Assembly: GCA_951406725.2 (NCBI GenBank) | Contig: OX597835.1 | Span: forward strand, 10,044,001 to 10,108,000 | DNA: 64,000 nt | Origin: Octopus vulgaris | Lineage: Eukaryota | Direction of reading: 5' to 3' | Shown here: piece after piece, positions 11,471-25,960 of the stretch | Layout of the letters: each line of letters starts with the position of its first letter | How positions within the stretch are numbered: position 1 is the stretch's first letter | Notes under the pieces: model-generated | Database searches by the model: none | What the model was told of the DNA's origin: nothing | The model's input: the letters and a program-made list of their open reading frames with translations, nothing else | Position numbers and translations under genes: made by a program

Positions 11471-13247
11471 TGGCGGCTGGTAATCAATATTATCTAGATA
11501 CATCTGGATGCGTGTAGGTTCATTTTTGATAATATGCTCATCTATTGTTTATAACAAATAAAAAGAGAAGACGAAAATTATATTGTATTCCATTAAGTTT
11601 GGAGTCAATTATTAACCATGTTTATTTATATTTTTCTGTTGTTTGTGTGTAGATTGGCTGATTCTACGATGATGATAACGAAATCCGGTCGAGCGCCGAA
11701 AAAATTAATTTCGTGTTTAAATCTTGCTATGGTCGACTTTGCATTTCACTCTTCCGAGGACAATTTAACAGTTGTACTTGTTGTTATTTCAACTCTGATC
11801 TACCAACCAAAAATATTTCGGCCATGACCTTCCCGTTAGTTTGTTGTTTATCAGACTGTTTATCTATGACAAACATTATTCGATATTTATCAGACACTTG
11901 TTTGTGATTTGAGGACGAGTTGACTGTTGTATCAAGTAAGTCTAGCGACTGCTTAAATTTTCCTTCAGTTATTGAAGTTCGACATAATTGATCACGGCCC
12001 TCGAGACCCAATAAATAAATAAACCGGTAAAAGAATTTAAAAGGACCCTGTTCAATATTTTTTGACATATTATTCCAATGTTATTTCCAATAACCGTTTC
12101 TCTCTTTGCGGTGTCTAATTTGTTTTTGACGTTTGTCTATTCTTTTTCCTGTTATTTCTCTGTCTTTGTGATCAGACAAAAGTTGAGCAAATACAAAAAT
12201 GAAAAGAGCAGAAGATAGACAAACAGTGGGAAACATTTCAATAGACCGCCATTGTTGTTTTTGTTGACCATAACATATGTCCGTTTTATTTTTTATTCTA
12301 TTTTACTTTTAATCTTATTTACAATCATAGGTGATCACTAGAATTCGAAGAGAGTGGGGGCGCTGCTACTACTGCTGCTACTACTGCTGCTGCTACTGCT
12401 GCTGGTGTCCTTGTTTATAGTGAAATTTTCTGATTGGCAAAAGTCGATATTGTAAACGTAGATTGTGAGTTAAGCTACTTCGCCGGAAGAAAAGATATCG
12501 AACGATAAAATCAAAACCTTTGTTGCAAAATGAGAAAAAAATGAACACAATCTGTTAAAAGATAGCACGGCTTTGAGATGGAATGAGAGGAGAAAGAAAG
12601 ATGTCTTGTTTAAGATATTTGAAAGATATTGCACGTAGATGAAGATGTGAATTAATCATAAATAGTTCGATGTCTGGAGTAAATAAGAATACGTTGATTA
12701 CGGAGAAATACAAACGGAATACTAAAGATATAAGCAGATATGGGATGGTTTATACCAAAGAAGGAATTATCTAAGAAAACATTTAGAAGAGAAAGGACTG
12801 AGGAAGAGTATGTAGAAAAGAAGCGACCGTAACGAGGAAAATATAAGAGAGAAAGGATAATAGGGGAAAGTGTATAGAAGAATAGAAAAAAACGGATTTT
12901 ATGATGCAACATATTGCAGATAAGAGATTATAGGATAAAATATAATAAAGTGTTAATGGAGCAGAAAGAAGGTTACTCGAAGTGATTAAATATCTTTTTT
13001 AATTATCTTTAATGTTATTAACTGAAGTGATTTTTTGAGATTTTTAAGCTTGAGGTGTATGAATGTGTAACAATGATTCAAATCTGTTTACCGAAGGACA
13101 ATAATGTCTTTCCATCAATACATGCCCACCCAAAATACCAAAATGGATTGGGGTCCCTTCTATTCCAAACTTGAAGTTCCACGTATTATAGAAGCAGTAG
13201 GTCTTGACTATGTGGAAGGGTTGAGGCCAAACGATATAACACCTCAA

Positions 13248-13478
13248 GGCGGCGAGCTGGTAGCAACGTTAGCACGCCGGGCGAAATGTTTAGCGATATT
13301 TCGTCTGCCGTTACGTTCTGAGTTCAAATTCCGCCGAGGTCGACTTTGCCTTTCATCCTTTCGGGGTCGATAAATTAAGTACCAGTTACGCACTGGGGTC
13401 GATACAATCGACTTAATCCGTTTGTCTGTCCTTGTTTGTCCCCTCTGTGTTTAGCCCCTTGTGGGTAGTAAAGAAATA
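13248..13478 (+). mobile_element. SINE family A with target-site duplication
   Basis: Full head-to-tail copy flanked by 13-bp GATATAACACCTC (13233-13245 and 13479-13491). Confidence 0.92.
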
Positions 13479-13903
13479 GATATAACACCTCCAACTTGGA
13501 AATGAAGTTTTGGTCTCATTCGGAGCACGACACTCACCGACATTTTCTGAGGGTTTCTCTAGGACCTTGAGTGCAACGTGGGATGCCTACACGACTAGCA
13601 GGAACTCAACTTCCAAGATTCTCTCTGAATTGAAACTGGTGTTATCTGAGGTGTTGGACGAGTCCTTGAAGGCCACCCAGCTGCAACAAAAGATTTCAAC
13701 TCCTAACACAAGGGGGCAGTTCGATGTATCTCTTCTTGTTGTGCTGTCGCAATATGAAATATCAAATGAAAAAAATAGGAAGATAAAAACTGATGAGTTT
13801 GGAAGAGGGTTTCTTCTTCAGTTTCGTTTCTTAGAATCTACAAAAACAAACCAAACAGCAAAATGGTAACTGGCGTAACAAATACAAGATTACTGAATTT
13901 AGC

Positions 13904-13962
<59 letters not shown>

Positions 13963-14041
13963 GGTGGTGGTTGTGGTGGTGGTGGTGGTGGTGGTGGTAG
14001 TGGTAGTAGTAGTAGTGGTGGTGGTGGTAGTAGTAGTAGTC

Positions 14042-14085
<44 letters not shown>

Positions 14086-14170
14086 TGTTGTTGTTGTAGT
14101 AGTAGTAGTAGTAGTGGTGGTGGTGGTGGTAGTAGTAGTAGTAGTAGTGGTGGTGGTGGTGGTAGTAGTA

Positions 14171-14258
<88 letters not shown>

Positions 14259-14292
14259 CAGCAGAAGTAGTAGTAGTAGTAGCAGTAGTAGT

Positions 14293-14324
<32 letters not shown>

Positions 14325-14352
14325 CAGTAGTAGTAGTAGTAGTAGTAGTAGT
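13904..14352. repeat. Compound (GTA)n/(GTG)n/(GCA)n microsatellite
   Basis: Direct reading; explains the poly-V and poly-L/P ORFs. Confidence 0.95.
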
Positions 14353-14634
14353 AATGTGCTTTTCAAAAATGTACCACCAACAGTTTGTGACATCATCGGT
14401 TTCAGAAAGTGTGATTTATTGCATAAGAGCGGCAATTTAATTGTCACAAAGTGATTATAAAATAACAATTTAATGAATTTAATGAATAAAATGAATTGAT
14501 AATTCCACATTCAACTAGTTTGGTGGGTTTTGTAAGTTCTCGTTATAATCTCTACGCAGTTATGATCAGCTTTTGAGAAAATTCATAAGAAAAACACACA
14601 CACACACACACATAAATTATACATGTGTTCGCGA

Positions 14635-14923
<289 letters not shown>

Positions 14924-15191
14924 GTGGTATAATTATAAATTCTAAAACATCTGGAAATACATTCTGAATATCTGTTTGGAATAAATAAAATAATATTTCT
15001 GTTTTGATAGCTGTATGTTACTTTATATATTCTTGTGGTATTAATTAGAAGCTTTTTTCCCATCACCTAACGTTTTTCCACAATTTAATGAAAAGCATAC
15101 CATAATTTGTAGGTAAATCCAGGTATGGGAGGACAAAATAATAAAATAAATAATAAACATGATTTTGATATTTTAAAAATAATAAATATTA

Positions 15192-15354
15192 GGCGCAGGA
15201 GTGGCTGTGTGGTAAGTAGCCATCTAACCAACCACATGGTTCTGGGTTCAGTCCCACTGCGTGGCATCTTGGGCAAGTGTCTTCTGCTATAGCCCCGGGC
15301 CGACCAATGCCTTGTGAGTGGATTTGGTAGACGGAAACTGAAAGAAGCCTGTCG

Positions 15355-15396
<42 letters not shown>

Positions 15397-15610
15397 TGTG
15401 TCTGTGTTGTCCCCCTAGCATTGCTTGACAACCGATGCTGGTGTGTTTACGTCCCCGTAACTTAGCGGTTCGGCAAAAGAGACCGATAGAATAAGTACTG
15501 GGCTTACAAAGAATAAGATTTGGGGTCGATTTGCTCGACTAAAGGCGGTGCTCCAGCATGTCCGCAGTCAAATGACTGAACCAAGTAAAAGAGTAAAAGA
15601 GTAAAAGAGT
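15192..15610 (+). mobile_element. SINE family B
   Basis: Full head GGCGCAGGAGTGGCTGTGTGG to (GTAAAAGA)n tail. Confidence 0.9.
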
Positions 15611-15939
15611 ATTAATGTGGTACTTTATTTAGCAAAATAAAATGGCACAAACGCAATTGAAAGGTGAGAAATATATTTTTACAGGGGTTCCATTTATTAT
15701 TTTTTTTTTTTTTAGGTTCAGCACCTTGAAATATCTTTGTCACTTGGAAACTAAACCTGAATCTCTTTCGCTTGGGAGAATTTGATAGATATTCATGTTG
15801 CAACTGTCGGCCATCTTGTTACCATTCCTACTTCCCTGACATCTTTCCATTTCCTTTATGTCTTGATGCAACATTCCCCCGCCCCCCGTTCCTTAGGGCT
15901 GTAACTTATGCCAAACTTTACCATTAGTCTTGATGGATC

Positions 15940-16346
15940 TCTTTTTTTACTCTTTTTACTTGTTTCAGTCATTTGACTGCGGCCATGCTGGAGCACTGCC
16001 TTTAGTCGAGCAAATCGACCTCGGGACATATTCTTTGTAAGCCCAGTACTTATTCTATCGGTCTCTTTTGCCGAACCGCTAAGTGACGGGGACGTAAACA
16101 CACCAGCATCGGTTGTCAAGCAATGCTAGGGGGACAAACACAGACACACAAACACATACACTTATATATATATACATATATACGACAGGCTTCTTTCAGT
16201 TTCCGTCTACCAAATCTACTCACAAGGCATTGGTCGGCCCGAGGCTATAATAGAAGACACTTACCCAAGGTGTCACGCAGTGGGACTGAACCCGGAACCA
16301 TGTGGTTGGTTAGCAAGCTACTTACCACACAGCCACTCCTGCGCCT
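15940..16346 (-). mobile_element. SINE family B nested in the Chapaev3-like element
   Basis: Reverse complement of family B, full length. Confidence 0.9.
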
Positions 16347-16505
16347 GTACAATAAACCAAATCATTTTCTTGAGCAAAATAAAGAAGAAATTGTTTTTTT
16401 GCGGTCACCATACCAAACGAATAATGCTCGGGGAGCTAAAAAGATTCTTGGATTTATGTCTGGAACCTAAACTCTCTGCTGACTCTTTTGCAAGTCCTAA
16501 TTCCC

Positions 16506-16632
16506 TGTTGTGTGGACGTCCCCAGACGATGAAGTAGGCTAGCCCAATACGTAGATATAGAGGGAGAAGTCTAGACGTCAGAGTAGAGTAGAGTGGAGTT
16601 GAGTAGAGATCATCCGAACGTGCGACATAACA
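16506..16632. mobile_element. 127-bp solo-LTR-like insertion (TG...CA)
   Basis: Ends TGTTGTGT / ACATAACA (7/8 inverted match), imperfect 5-bp TSD TTCCC/GTCCC, splits the transposase motif ELND..RD|LGL. Confidence 0.6.
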
Positions 16633-17051
16633 GTCCCTCGCGGGGTCATTTAATTCACACTGGTTGAAAAGTTGAGGTTCTTCACCTTCACTGCCATTGA
16701 TGCCTTCATCGTCATTGCTATTTTTACTTTCTGACTCAGATCTCAAGTGTATGTCTTCGAGGTTAGTGATGAGACTGGAACGTCTGATCCATGGATCACA
16801 GGTCGCAGTGCAAATGGAAGATTTGAATAAACCATGTGTTCCCACTCTCTGAATTGTGTCTTTGCTCTTTACATTAGAAAAAATCGCAGTCATCAGTGTG
16901 AATTTCAGACTCTCTCCGTCTCATTGAAACACCAAAAACGAAAAGACACAAACTGAGCTGGGCTTATGAGGAGCCACTTCTTATCTTGATCTCCAATTTC
17001 ACACCAAAGTAGGCACAGTTGAAGTTTTTGACCAATTTGGTAATGTTCCTC

Positions 17052-17467
17052 TCTCTTTACTCTTTTACTCTTTTACTTGTTTCAGTCATTTGACTGCGGC
17101 CATGCTGGAGCACCGCCTGTAGTCGAGCAAATCGACCCTGGGACTTATTCTGTGTAAGCCCAGTACTTATTCTATCGGTCTCTTTTGCCGAACCGCTAAG
17201 TGACGGGAACGTAAACACACCAGCATCAGTTGTCAAGCAATGCTAGGGGAACAAAGACAGACACACAAACACACACATATATATATATATACACATATAT
17301 ACGACAAGCTTCTTTCAGTTTCCGTCTACCAAATCCACTCACAAGGCATTGGTCGGCCCGGGGCTATAGCAGAAGAAGACACTTGCCCAAGATGCCACGC
17401 AGTGGGACTGAACCCGGAACCATGTGGTTGGTTAGCAAGCTACTTACCACACAGCCACTCCTGCGCC
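17052..17467 (-). mobile_element. SINE family B nested in the Chapaev3-like element
   Basis: Reverse complement of family B; splits KKHQ|RNIT of the transposase. Confidence 0.9.
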
Positions 17468-17901
17468 TCTGGTGTTTCTTAGTCGTAAACTCGCCACAAA
17501 TGTAGCAAGGGTTCTCCAGGCTTATTACATACCTTGTTTCATTGTATCATGTGTTACACTTCAATACTTCTTTGGTGATATTATGTACGCATGTAGATGT
17601 TTCAATCAAATATATGCTGATGATGGGATTGGAGTGTCTGGTCCATGGGAAGATTCAGACGTAATGGTAAAATACAATGATCGATTTTGTGAAGAAACTG
17701 TAGCGGAGAGGATCATTTCTTTGTAATTTTTTGAAATCAGCAGATAAAAACTGATCGATTTCACCCAAGGAACCTGAAACAATTCTTGAAGTCGCTGACC
17801 TGTGTTATCAGATCTGCAGATAGTTAACAGATATGAGACATGAATGTTTAAAATTAGTTCAATCGCATAGACACAAGTTTGCATTATTATTACTATTATT
17901 A

Positions 17902-17938
<37 letters not shown>

Positions 17939-18145
17939 CATTATTATTATTGTTATTACTTTTTTTTTCTTCTTTCAAATTTGCTTCTATTTCTTGCCGA
18001 GTGTCTTCCCGACTCCTAGGGCAAAGAAACTCATAGTATACATTGGTAGGCCATTAAACCAAACTCAATAGTTCGTTCATTTTTATTTTTTTTAAGTTAA
18101 ATTAAAATACATGAGCAGCAACAGTTCTCACATCGACAATTATTA

Positions 18146-18224
<79 letters not shown>

Positions 18225-18259
18225 CAGTATTATTATTATTTTTATTATCATTATTATTA

Positions 18260-18317
<58 letters not shown>

Positions 18318-18383
18318 CATTATTATTATTATTATTATCATTATTATTATCATCATCATTATTATTGTTATTATTATTATTTA

Positions 18384-18595
18384 GGCGGTGAGCTGGCAGA
18401 ATCTTTAGCACGCTGGACGAAATGCTTAGCGGCATTTCACCTGTCACTGCGTTCTGAGTTCAAATTCTGTCGAGGTCGACTTTGCCTTTCATCCTTTTGC
18501 GGTCATTGATATAAGTACCTGCCGAGTACTGGGGTCGATGTAATCAACTAGCCCCCTCCCGTAAAATTTCAGGTCTTGTGCCTATAGTACAAAGG

Positions 18596-18598
<3 letters not shown>
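18384..18598 (+). mobile_element. SINE family A with alternative tail A2 ending in (ATT)n
   Basis: Family A head and body, then CCCCCTCCC...AAATTTCAGGTCTTGTGCCTATAGTACAAAGGATT. Confidence 0.85.
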
Positions 18599-18652
<54 letters not shown>

Positions 18653-18674
18653 AATAATAATAATAATAGTTTTA

Positions 18675-18730
<56 letters not shown>

Positions 18731-18734
18731 CATT

Positions 18735-18846
18735 GAGTGAGAGAGCAGTGCATGCCATCAAAGTGACACCAGGGTAAGATATACGAAGCCCAGTATAACC
18801 ATCATGACCACCCGTCTGATAAGGGTCACACTAGGCACATGCATCA
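18735..18846 (-). mobile_element. Family E, truncated copy (one terminus only) abutting (ATT)n
   Basis: Matches 43708-43819. Confidence 0.8.
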
Positions 18847-19789
18847 TAAAGCTTCCCTTTATCAAATATAGTAGAAAATAATTCAAGAGTTCGGAGAAAT
18901 ATTGTTTTTGTTGTTAGGCCTTTCTTGAGTGTTGCGAGATGGAATGTTTTAGAAACATTTTTAATTAGCAAGGTGTGACATGAAAGATTTTTTCCGAAGA
19001 TACCAACTATATGAAGACGAAGGACTAAGAAATAAAAATTCAAACTGAATTGCAGAATTGACTTGCCAGACAACTCACCTGTTATTTTATATCACTCACG
19101 GAATATAACACAATATGTACAGGTACAAAGAAAGGAAACTGACCCACAAAGCGAGGGAGATTTTCATTTGACCTCCTAGATATGGCAGCAAAATCTACTT
19201 CTAGTTACATAATTTTTATAAAGAAATATATATATATGTATATATATATATATAGTACAATAAACTTGATATTAAAAAGTAACATTAATGAAGCAAAATT
19301 CATACACACAGACACACGCAAATATATACACAAGCACAGACATGTACACACAAATACACACAAAAATAGTTATACACACATACGCACATACTCGTACAGA
19401 TGTACACCAACACACGCAAGCATATACACATACACAAACCGCACATCCATACAGAAAGACGTACATACACAGACACACACTCAAAGACACATACACAAAG
19501 ACACATATGTACGTATATTCATACACATATAGACGTACATACCTATACACACTCACATAAACTAAGCACACCCGTACATACAGAGATATACACGTACACA
19601 TGCACACGTATATACAGACATACATAATCACATATACACAAACAAAGATACACACTCACATTCATACACACACATAGATACATACACACATATATAGATA
19701 CATACAATTACACTTGTCTACATATACACACTGATATATACCTATACATACAAATATATAAGAACTCGCAGAACTATACGCATATGTAC

Positions 19790-21765
19790 ACACAAACATA
19801 TACATACACACATACACACAAACACATACATACACACATACACACAAACACATACATACACACATACACACAAACATATACATACACACATACACACAAA
19901 CACATACATACACACAAACACACAAACACATACATACACACATACATACACACAAACACACAAACACATACATACACACATACAAACAAACACATACATA
20001 CACACAAACACATACATACACACAAACACATACATACACACAAACACACAAACACATACACACACACATACACACAAACACATACATACACACATACACA
20101 CAAAAACATACATACGCACATACACACAAACACATACATACACACATACACACAAACACATACATACACACATACACACAAACACATACATACACACATA
20201 CACACAAACACATACATACACACATACACACAAACACATACATACACACATACACACAAACACATACATACACACATACACACAAACACATACATACACA
20301 CATACACACAAACACATACATACACACATACACACAAACACATACATACACACATACACAAACACACACATACACACACACACACACACACATACATACA
20401 CACATACACACAAACACATACATACACACACATACACACAAACACATACATACACACACATACACACAAACACATACATACACACACATACACACAAACA
20501 CATACATACACACACATACACACAAACACATACATACACACATACGCACAAACACATACATACACACACATACACACATACACACATACACACAAACACA
20601 TACACACATACACACATACACACAAACACATACATACACACATACACACAAACACATACATACACACATACACACAAACACATACATACACACATACACA
20701 CAAACACATACATACACACATACACACAAACACATACATACACACATACACACAAACACATACATACACACATACACACAAACACATACATACACACATA
20801 CACACAAACACATACATACACACATACACACATACACACAAACACATACATACACACATACACACCTACACACAAACACATACATACACACATACACACA
20901 TACACACAAAAACATACATACACACATACACACAAACACATACATACACACATACACACAAACACATACATACACACATACACACATACACACAAACACA
21001 TACATACACACATACACACAAACACATACATACATACATACACACATACACACACATACACACATACACATAAACACATACATACACACATACACACACA
21101 CACATACATACACACACATACACACAAACACATACATACACACATACACACCTACACACAAACACATACATACACACATACACACATACACACAAAAACA
21201 TACATACACACATACACACAAACACATACATACACACATACACACAAACACATACATACACACATACACACATACACACAAACACATACATACACACATA
21301 CACACAAACACATACATACACACATACACACAAACACATACATACACACATACACACAAACACATACATACACACATACACACAAACACATACATACACA
21401 CATACACACAAACACATACATACACACATACACACAAACACATACATACACACATACACACAAAAACATACATACACACATACACACAAACACATACACA
21501 CACATATATACACACATACACACAAACACATACATACACACATACACACAAAGACATACATACACACACATACACACAAACACATACATACACACACACA
21601 CACACACATACATACACACATACACACACACACACATACACACATACACACAAACACATACATACGCACATACACACAAACACATACATACACACATACA
21701 CACAAACACATACATACACACATACACACAAACACATACACACACATATATACACACATACACAA
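19790..21765. repeat. Minisatellite of about 2 kb, 26-bp unit CACATACACACAAACACATACATACA
   Basis: Direct reading; the long C/V/M/Y and H/T ORFs repeat every 26 aa (3 units). Confidence 0.9.
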
Positions 21766-22807
21766 ACTTTTTTTTTTATCATTTGTTTTTTATTCCCTCG
21801 TCTATTTGTTGATGTCTATTAATTTATAGATTTTATTAAATTCTTGCTTCACATCTTTGTTTTGTTTTTTGGTTTTTATTTTGGTTTTTTTTTTTTTTTT
21901 GTGTCATGGTTCTTTATTTAGGTCGAAGCGCCAAGCAGGAAATCCTAAATTTCATAGATTGACACTACGACACACATATATTCTATTGCTTGCTAATTTT
22001 TTATGTAGATTAAGGAATTTAAATAATATAATGCAAGAACACAGAATAAAACCCAACGGAAGGTGACTGTAAAATTCGCAATAAACAGAATTGAAGATTC
22101 CACAATGAAACGATGTCTTCATTATTCTATTTTTTTATTTCGGCTTTCTGTTTTCGTTTTAACCGTGTTCCTGAATAAGTAAAGCTAAAAGATCCAACCA
22201 TGATATTGAATATTTATCGATTATCTATAGAATTTTGGTGTTGATTTTTCGAAATATAACTTTTCAATGGTCTATTGAGAAGTATTATTGTTGAGGAAAT
22301 TAGAAGCAACTACAACAAAAGTAATACCAATAGTTTTAGTAAGTTTTGATAGTCACGACTTGTTAATGGAGTTGAGCAACTTTTTGACTTCCGACAGACA
22401 GTTCCACGTTTCATATGGCGAATCTGGAGTTGCGCACTTCAAGACATTTAATCAATTCTCTCAGACTACCGAAACCAATTCTACCGACCGTTGCTGTTAT
22501 TGCCATTGTTCATACTAAGGTCAAACCTAATAACACAGAGCTATTATCAAAAGCAGTCCCATTGTGGCCATCCAGATGACATTATTTACTGTGTCCTGTA
22601 TTTAAGATCATGGACGTATGAGTGGCTGAATGGTTAAAACGTCCGCTTCGCAATGACGAGGTTATCGATTTGATGTGACTGCGGGACATCGAATTGAAGT
22701 AACTAACATTGAACCCCAACTTCGGGTAGCCTCAGGCCACTTCACCCAGGCTGGACAAAAGGAAAGCTTTTGCATCACTTTCGGTACAACCATTTGAGCA
22801 TATGTAT

Positions 22808-23007
22808 ACTCTTTTACTTGTTTCAGTCATTTGACTGCGGCCATGTTGGAGCATCGCGTTTTAGTCGAGCAAATCGACCCCGGGACATATTCTTTGTAAG
22901 CCTAATACTTATTCTTTGCCGAACTGCTAAGTTACGGGGAGGCAAACACACCACCACCATCGGTTGTCAAGCGATGTTCGGGGACAGACACAGACACACA
23001 AACATAT

Positions 23008-23043
<36 letters not shown>

Positions 23044-23208
23044 ATATATACGACGAGCTTCTTTCAGTTTCCGCCTACCAAATCCATTCACTAGGCTTTG
23101 GTCAGCCCAAGGCTATAGTAGAAGACACTTGCCCAAGGTGCCACGCAGTGGGAATGAACCCGGAATCATTTGGTTGATAAGCAAGTACTACACAGCCTGT
23201 CCTGCGCC
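22808..23208 (-). mobile_element. SINE family B, diverged
   Basis: Reverse complement of family B with substitutions and deletions. Confidence 0.85.
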
Positions 23209-23211
23209 TAC

Positions 23212-23273
<62 letters not shown>

Positions 23274-23552
23274 ATGTATGTATGTATGTATGTATGTATG
23301 TATGTATGTATGGTATATATGTATAGATTCAGATGAATATGTCACTTAAGTTGGGGCACCAGAATTTAGTATGGTATTACCCATACAATTTAAAATAAGG
23401 TGATTATAATCAAAATAAGCAACAAGGATATCCAGAGGTAATGCAGTACGATCGTTTAATGCGACTCCATTTAAATGAACAATGCAAATATTACATGTGA
23501 AAGAGGATACGTCCTCACATGAAGAATCTTGCAAACCAAATCCGAAAACGAA

Positions 23553-23611
<59 letters not shown>

Positions 23612-25588
23612 GTCCAAAATGTTGCTTTTTCAGAAAACGAAAAACATTTTCAATATTCCGTAGCAAAACCCTTCTGCTACAGTTTGACAATTTTTTATAT
23701 CTTATCTAAAGCAGCTGGAGATATGTTAGTTTGGCCAAAATAACCGGCTATTGCAAGCAAAAATAGGTGTTGAAAAAAACACATTTGACCAAATTTGGAG
23801 CTGTTGGAGGTGCTATTGTTGCTGCTTAAAAGCGGTGGATTAACTGACCTGTTAGAACATCACAAAAGATATTTTAATGTGTTTCTTTGGGCTCTTCATA
23901 TTCTAAGTTCAAATCCAACGAATGGCAGCCTTCCCTTTTTCAAACTCACCTGATCGATAAAACAAAGAACCAATCGAGTTCTAAACTCGATAGTGTCGTG
24001 TAACCCCTCCCCTTAAAATTGTTGTCTTTGTGTCTAAATTGGAAACACTTATTATTTAAAGATTAATTACGTTTGACTTGGGGGGGGGGATTTTTCTTAG
24101 AAAGACGTAATTTTTTTTTCTCTCAATCACATTTACGTCTTAATTATTGCGTTCTTAATTAAGAAACACCACAAGTAAATTAATTATATCTTTAGCATGG
24201 ACGCATTGTTATAATCGATTTTTTTTTTTCAGACAGGAAATATTATTTGTCTGGTATATGTTTTTCTCTGAATAAAAGTCTCGTATGAGAGACCTTATCT
24301 CAGGCGTAACGGTGGTGATTTTGATCAAAACTGTGGACTTAATCATATTCTTGAGTAGAAATTGTCGTCTTTCGATGTGGCATCGTCTATTCCACAAAAG
24401 AACTTTATTTGATAGATGCTATTTGAAATGTGTTAAGATCAGTTCAAAAAAGATACTTGCTTCAGGCGTTTTCTGAAGTACTTCTTTGACATCAGGGAAG
24501 AATTGGTCACTCATAGAAATATCTGGAATTAAAAAGTGAACTGGTGAATTGAAAATAATGTAAAAGAGTCTAACCCTTTAAGTGCAGAGAAAAGATGTTA
24601 AATAAGTTCCAACATTTGGTATTTGTTGTAAATCACGTTGCCTCGATAACTTGACACATCTTGGCAACAAAATAGTTTCGAACATCACCTTCTTCAACAA
24701 AAGATAGAATGATATAGAAAACTGCTTTCTGCAGTTAAGGCAAATAAAATTTAGAGTGGATGTATCAGATTTCTAGGATAAAAGGGTTAATGCATCTGGA
24801 AGCTGAAACCATCTTTGAGGAGGACGGGGATGACGAAGAGGAGAAGGAAGTGGAAAAGGAGGGGAACGAGGAGTGAGGAAAACGACGACGATGAGAACGA
24901 AGAGGACGAAGAGGACGAGGAGGAGGAGAAGAACGACGAGGATGAGGACGGAGAGAAGCGTGAAAAACGGGGATTAGGTGAAGGAAGAAAAGGAAGACGA
25001 CAACGAAGAGAAAGAGAAAGGAAAGGGGGTTAAGAGAGATGAAATAGAATTATCGATTAAGTAAATATCATTTACGTTTATGGAAGTCTGGATGTTCGGG
25101 TTGAACAATTCAGAGGTGAACGTTTCGTGATTTCTCAGCAGCAAGAAAGTTGTATCAGTGACGGCCAACGCTTAACTGTTTCGTGCTCCAGTCCACAATC
25201 ACATTTGTAGCTTATGTATGCTGATACATTTCTTTATTTCTAATACAATTGACAGAGTTACTCCAGCACGGCTGCAGTCCAATGGTTGAATCGTGTAAAA
25301 GAGTTTTAACAAGCCGTTTCCCAATGTTGGCTTCACTACGTCTGACGTCCTGTCCATGAAGCAATTTCTGTTTCATCCGGTGAAGTCTTTGAAAGTTGAG
25401 ATTTGATTAAATATTGATTGATATAGATCAATATTTGATAGAATCTACCGCATTACATAACACCAAGTAGACAAGTATGTGTCGTTTGATCTGCTAGAAA
25501 TGGTAGCCAAATATCTCTCAGGTCACAATTTAAAGGACACCTTGGAAAATATAGTCCGAGGTACACTAGGTATGCGACAAAGGGTCTA

Positions 25589-25960
25589 CAGGGTGAGCGT
25601 AAAGTATGGATACAAAGGGGAAAATGCTGATTTCCAATAATGTAGCATTTTCAACATGTTTTTTCTTTTCCATCGTTAAGTGTTACGCTTTGCAGTATTC
25701 ACATCAATCCGATGCAGTAAATCCGGATTTCCGTCAGTTTGAGCATATCCATGATGCGTTCCTTCAAATGATTTGTGTCTGTGATTTTCATTGAGATACA
25801 CCTTACCTTTCTGTATACCCCAGAAAAAAAAGAGCCGAGGGGATTGATATCTGGTAAACGAAGAGCCCAACCCTCGCGGCCACGTCTCCTAAATTCAGTT
25901 AAGGAATTTGCCATCCAGTCACTATCCAAACTTCATGGACATTAAGGCTGAAATGTGTTC
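25589..25960 (-). mobile_element. Tc1/mariner-superfamily transposon 3' remnant
   Basis: TA|CAGGGTG terminus; peptide RRGREGWALRLPDINPLGSFFSG...KITDTNHLKERI resembles WPPRSPDLNPLDFFLWG...LKERI. Confidence 0.75.

Larger units (their letters stand above)
15620..17770 (-). mobile_element. Decayed CMC-superfamily (Chapaev3-like) DNA transposon with three nested insertions
   Basis: Ordered minus-strand motifs: NPCYICGEFTTKKHQ (about 17500), RNITKLVKNFNCAYFGVK..GDQDKKW (about 17040-16975), VYSNLPFALRPVIHG (about 16830), EPQLFNQCELNDPARD..LGLAKESAESLGSRHKSKNL (16680-16440), LHQDIKEMER..MAD (about 15870-15805); frameshifts and a large internal deletion. Confidence 0.8.

Noticed and set aside
12652-12912. 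Possible Penelope-like ORF remnant
   Set aside because: The resemblance is limited to a few residues in compositionally biased sequence.
17606-17775. Possible minus-strand exon (SLGEIDQFLSADFKKLQRNDPLRY)
   Set aside because: It lies directly upstream of the Chapaev3-like transposase start and looks like its subterminal region; no supporting exon.
19662-21782. 706-aa and overlapping long ORFs
   Set aside because: They are translations of a 26-bp CA-rich minisatellite that cannot contain stops; no coding signal.
24574-24786. piggyBac-like MITE (CCCTTT...AAAGGG|TTAA)
   Set aside because: Only a 6-bp inverted match, and the left target site is CTAA; insufficient.
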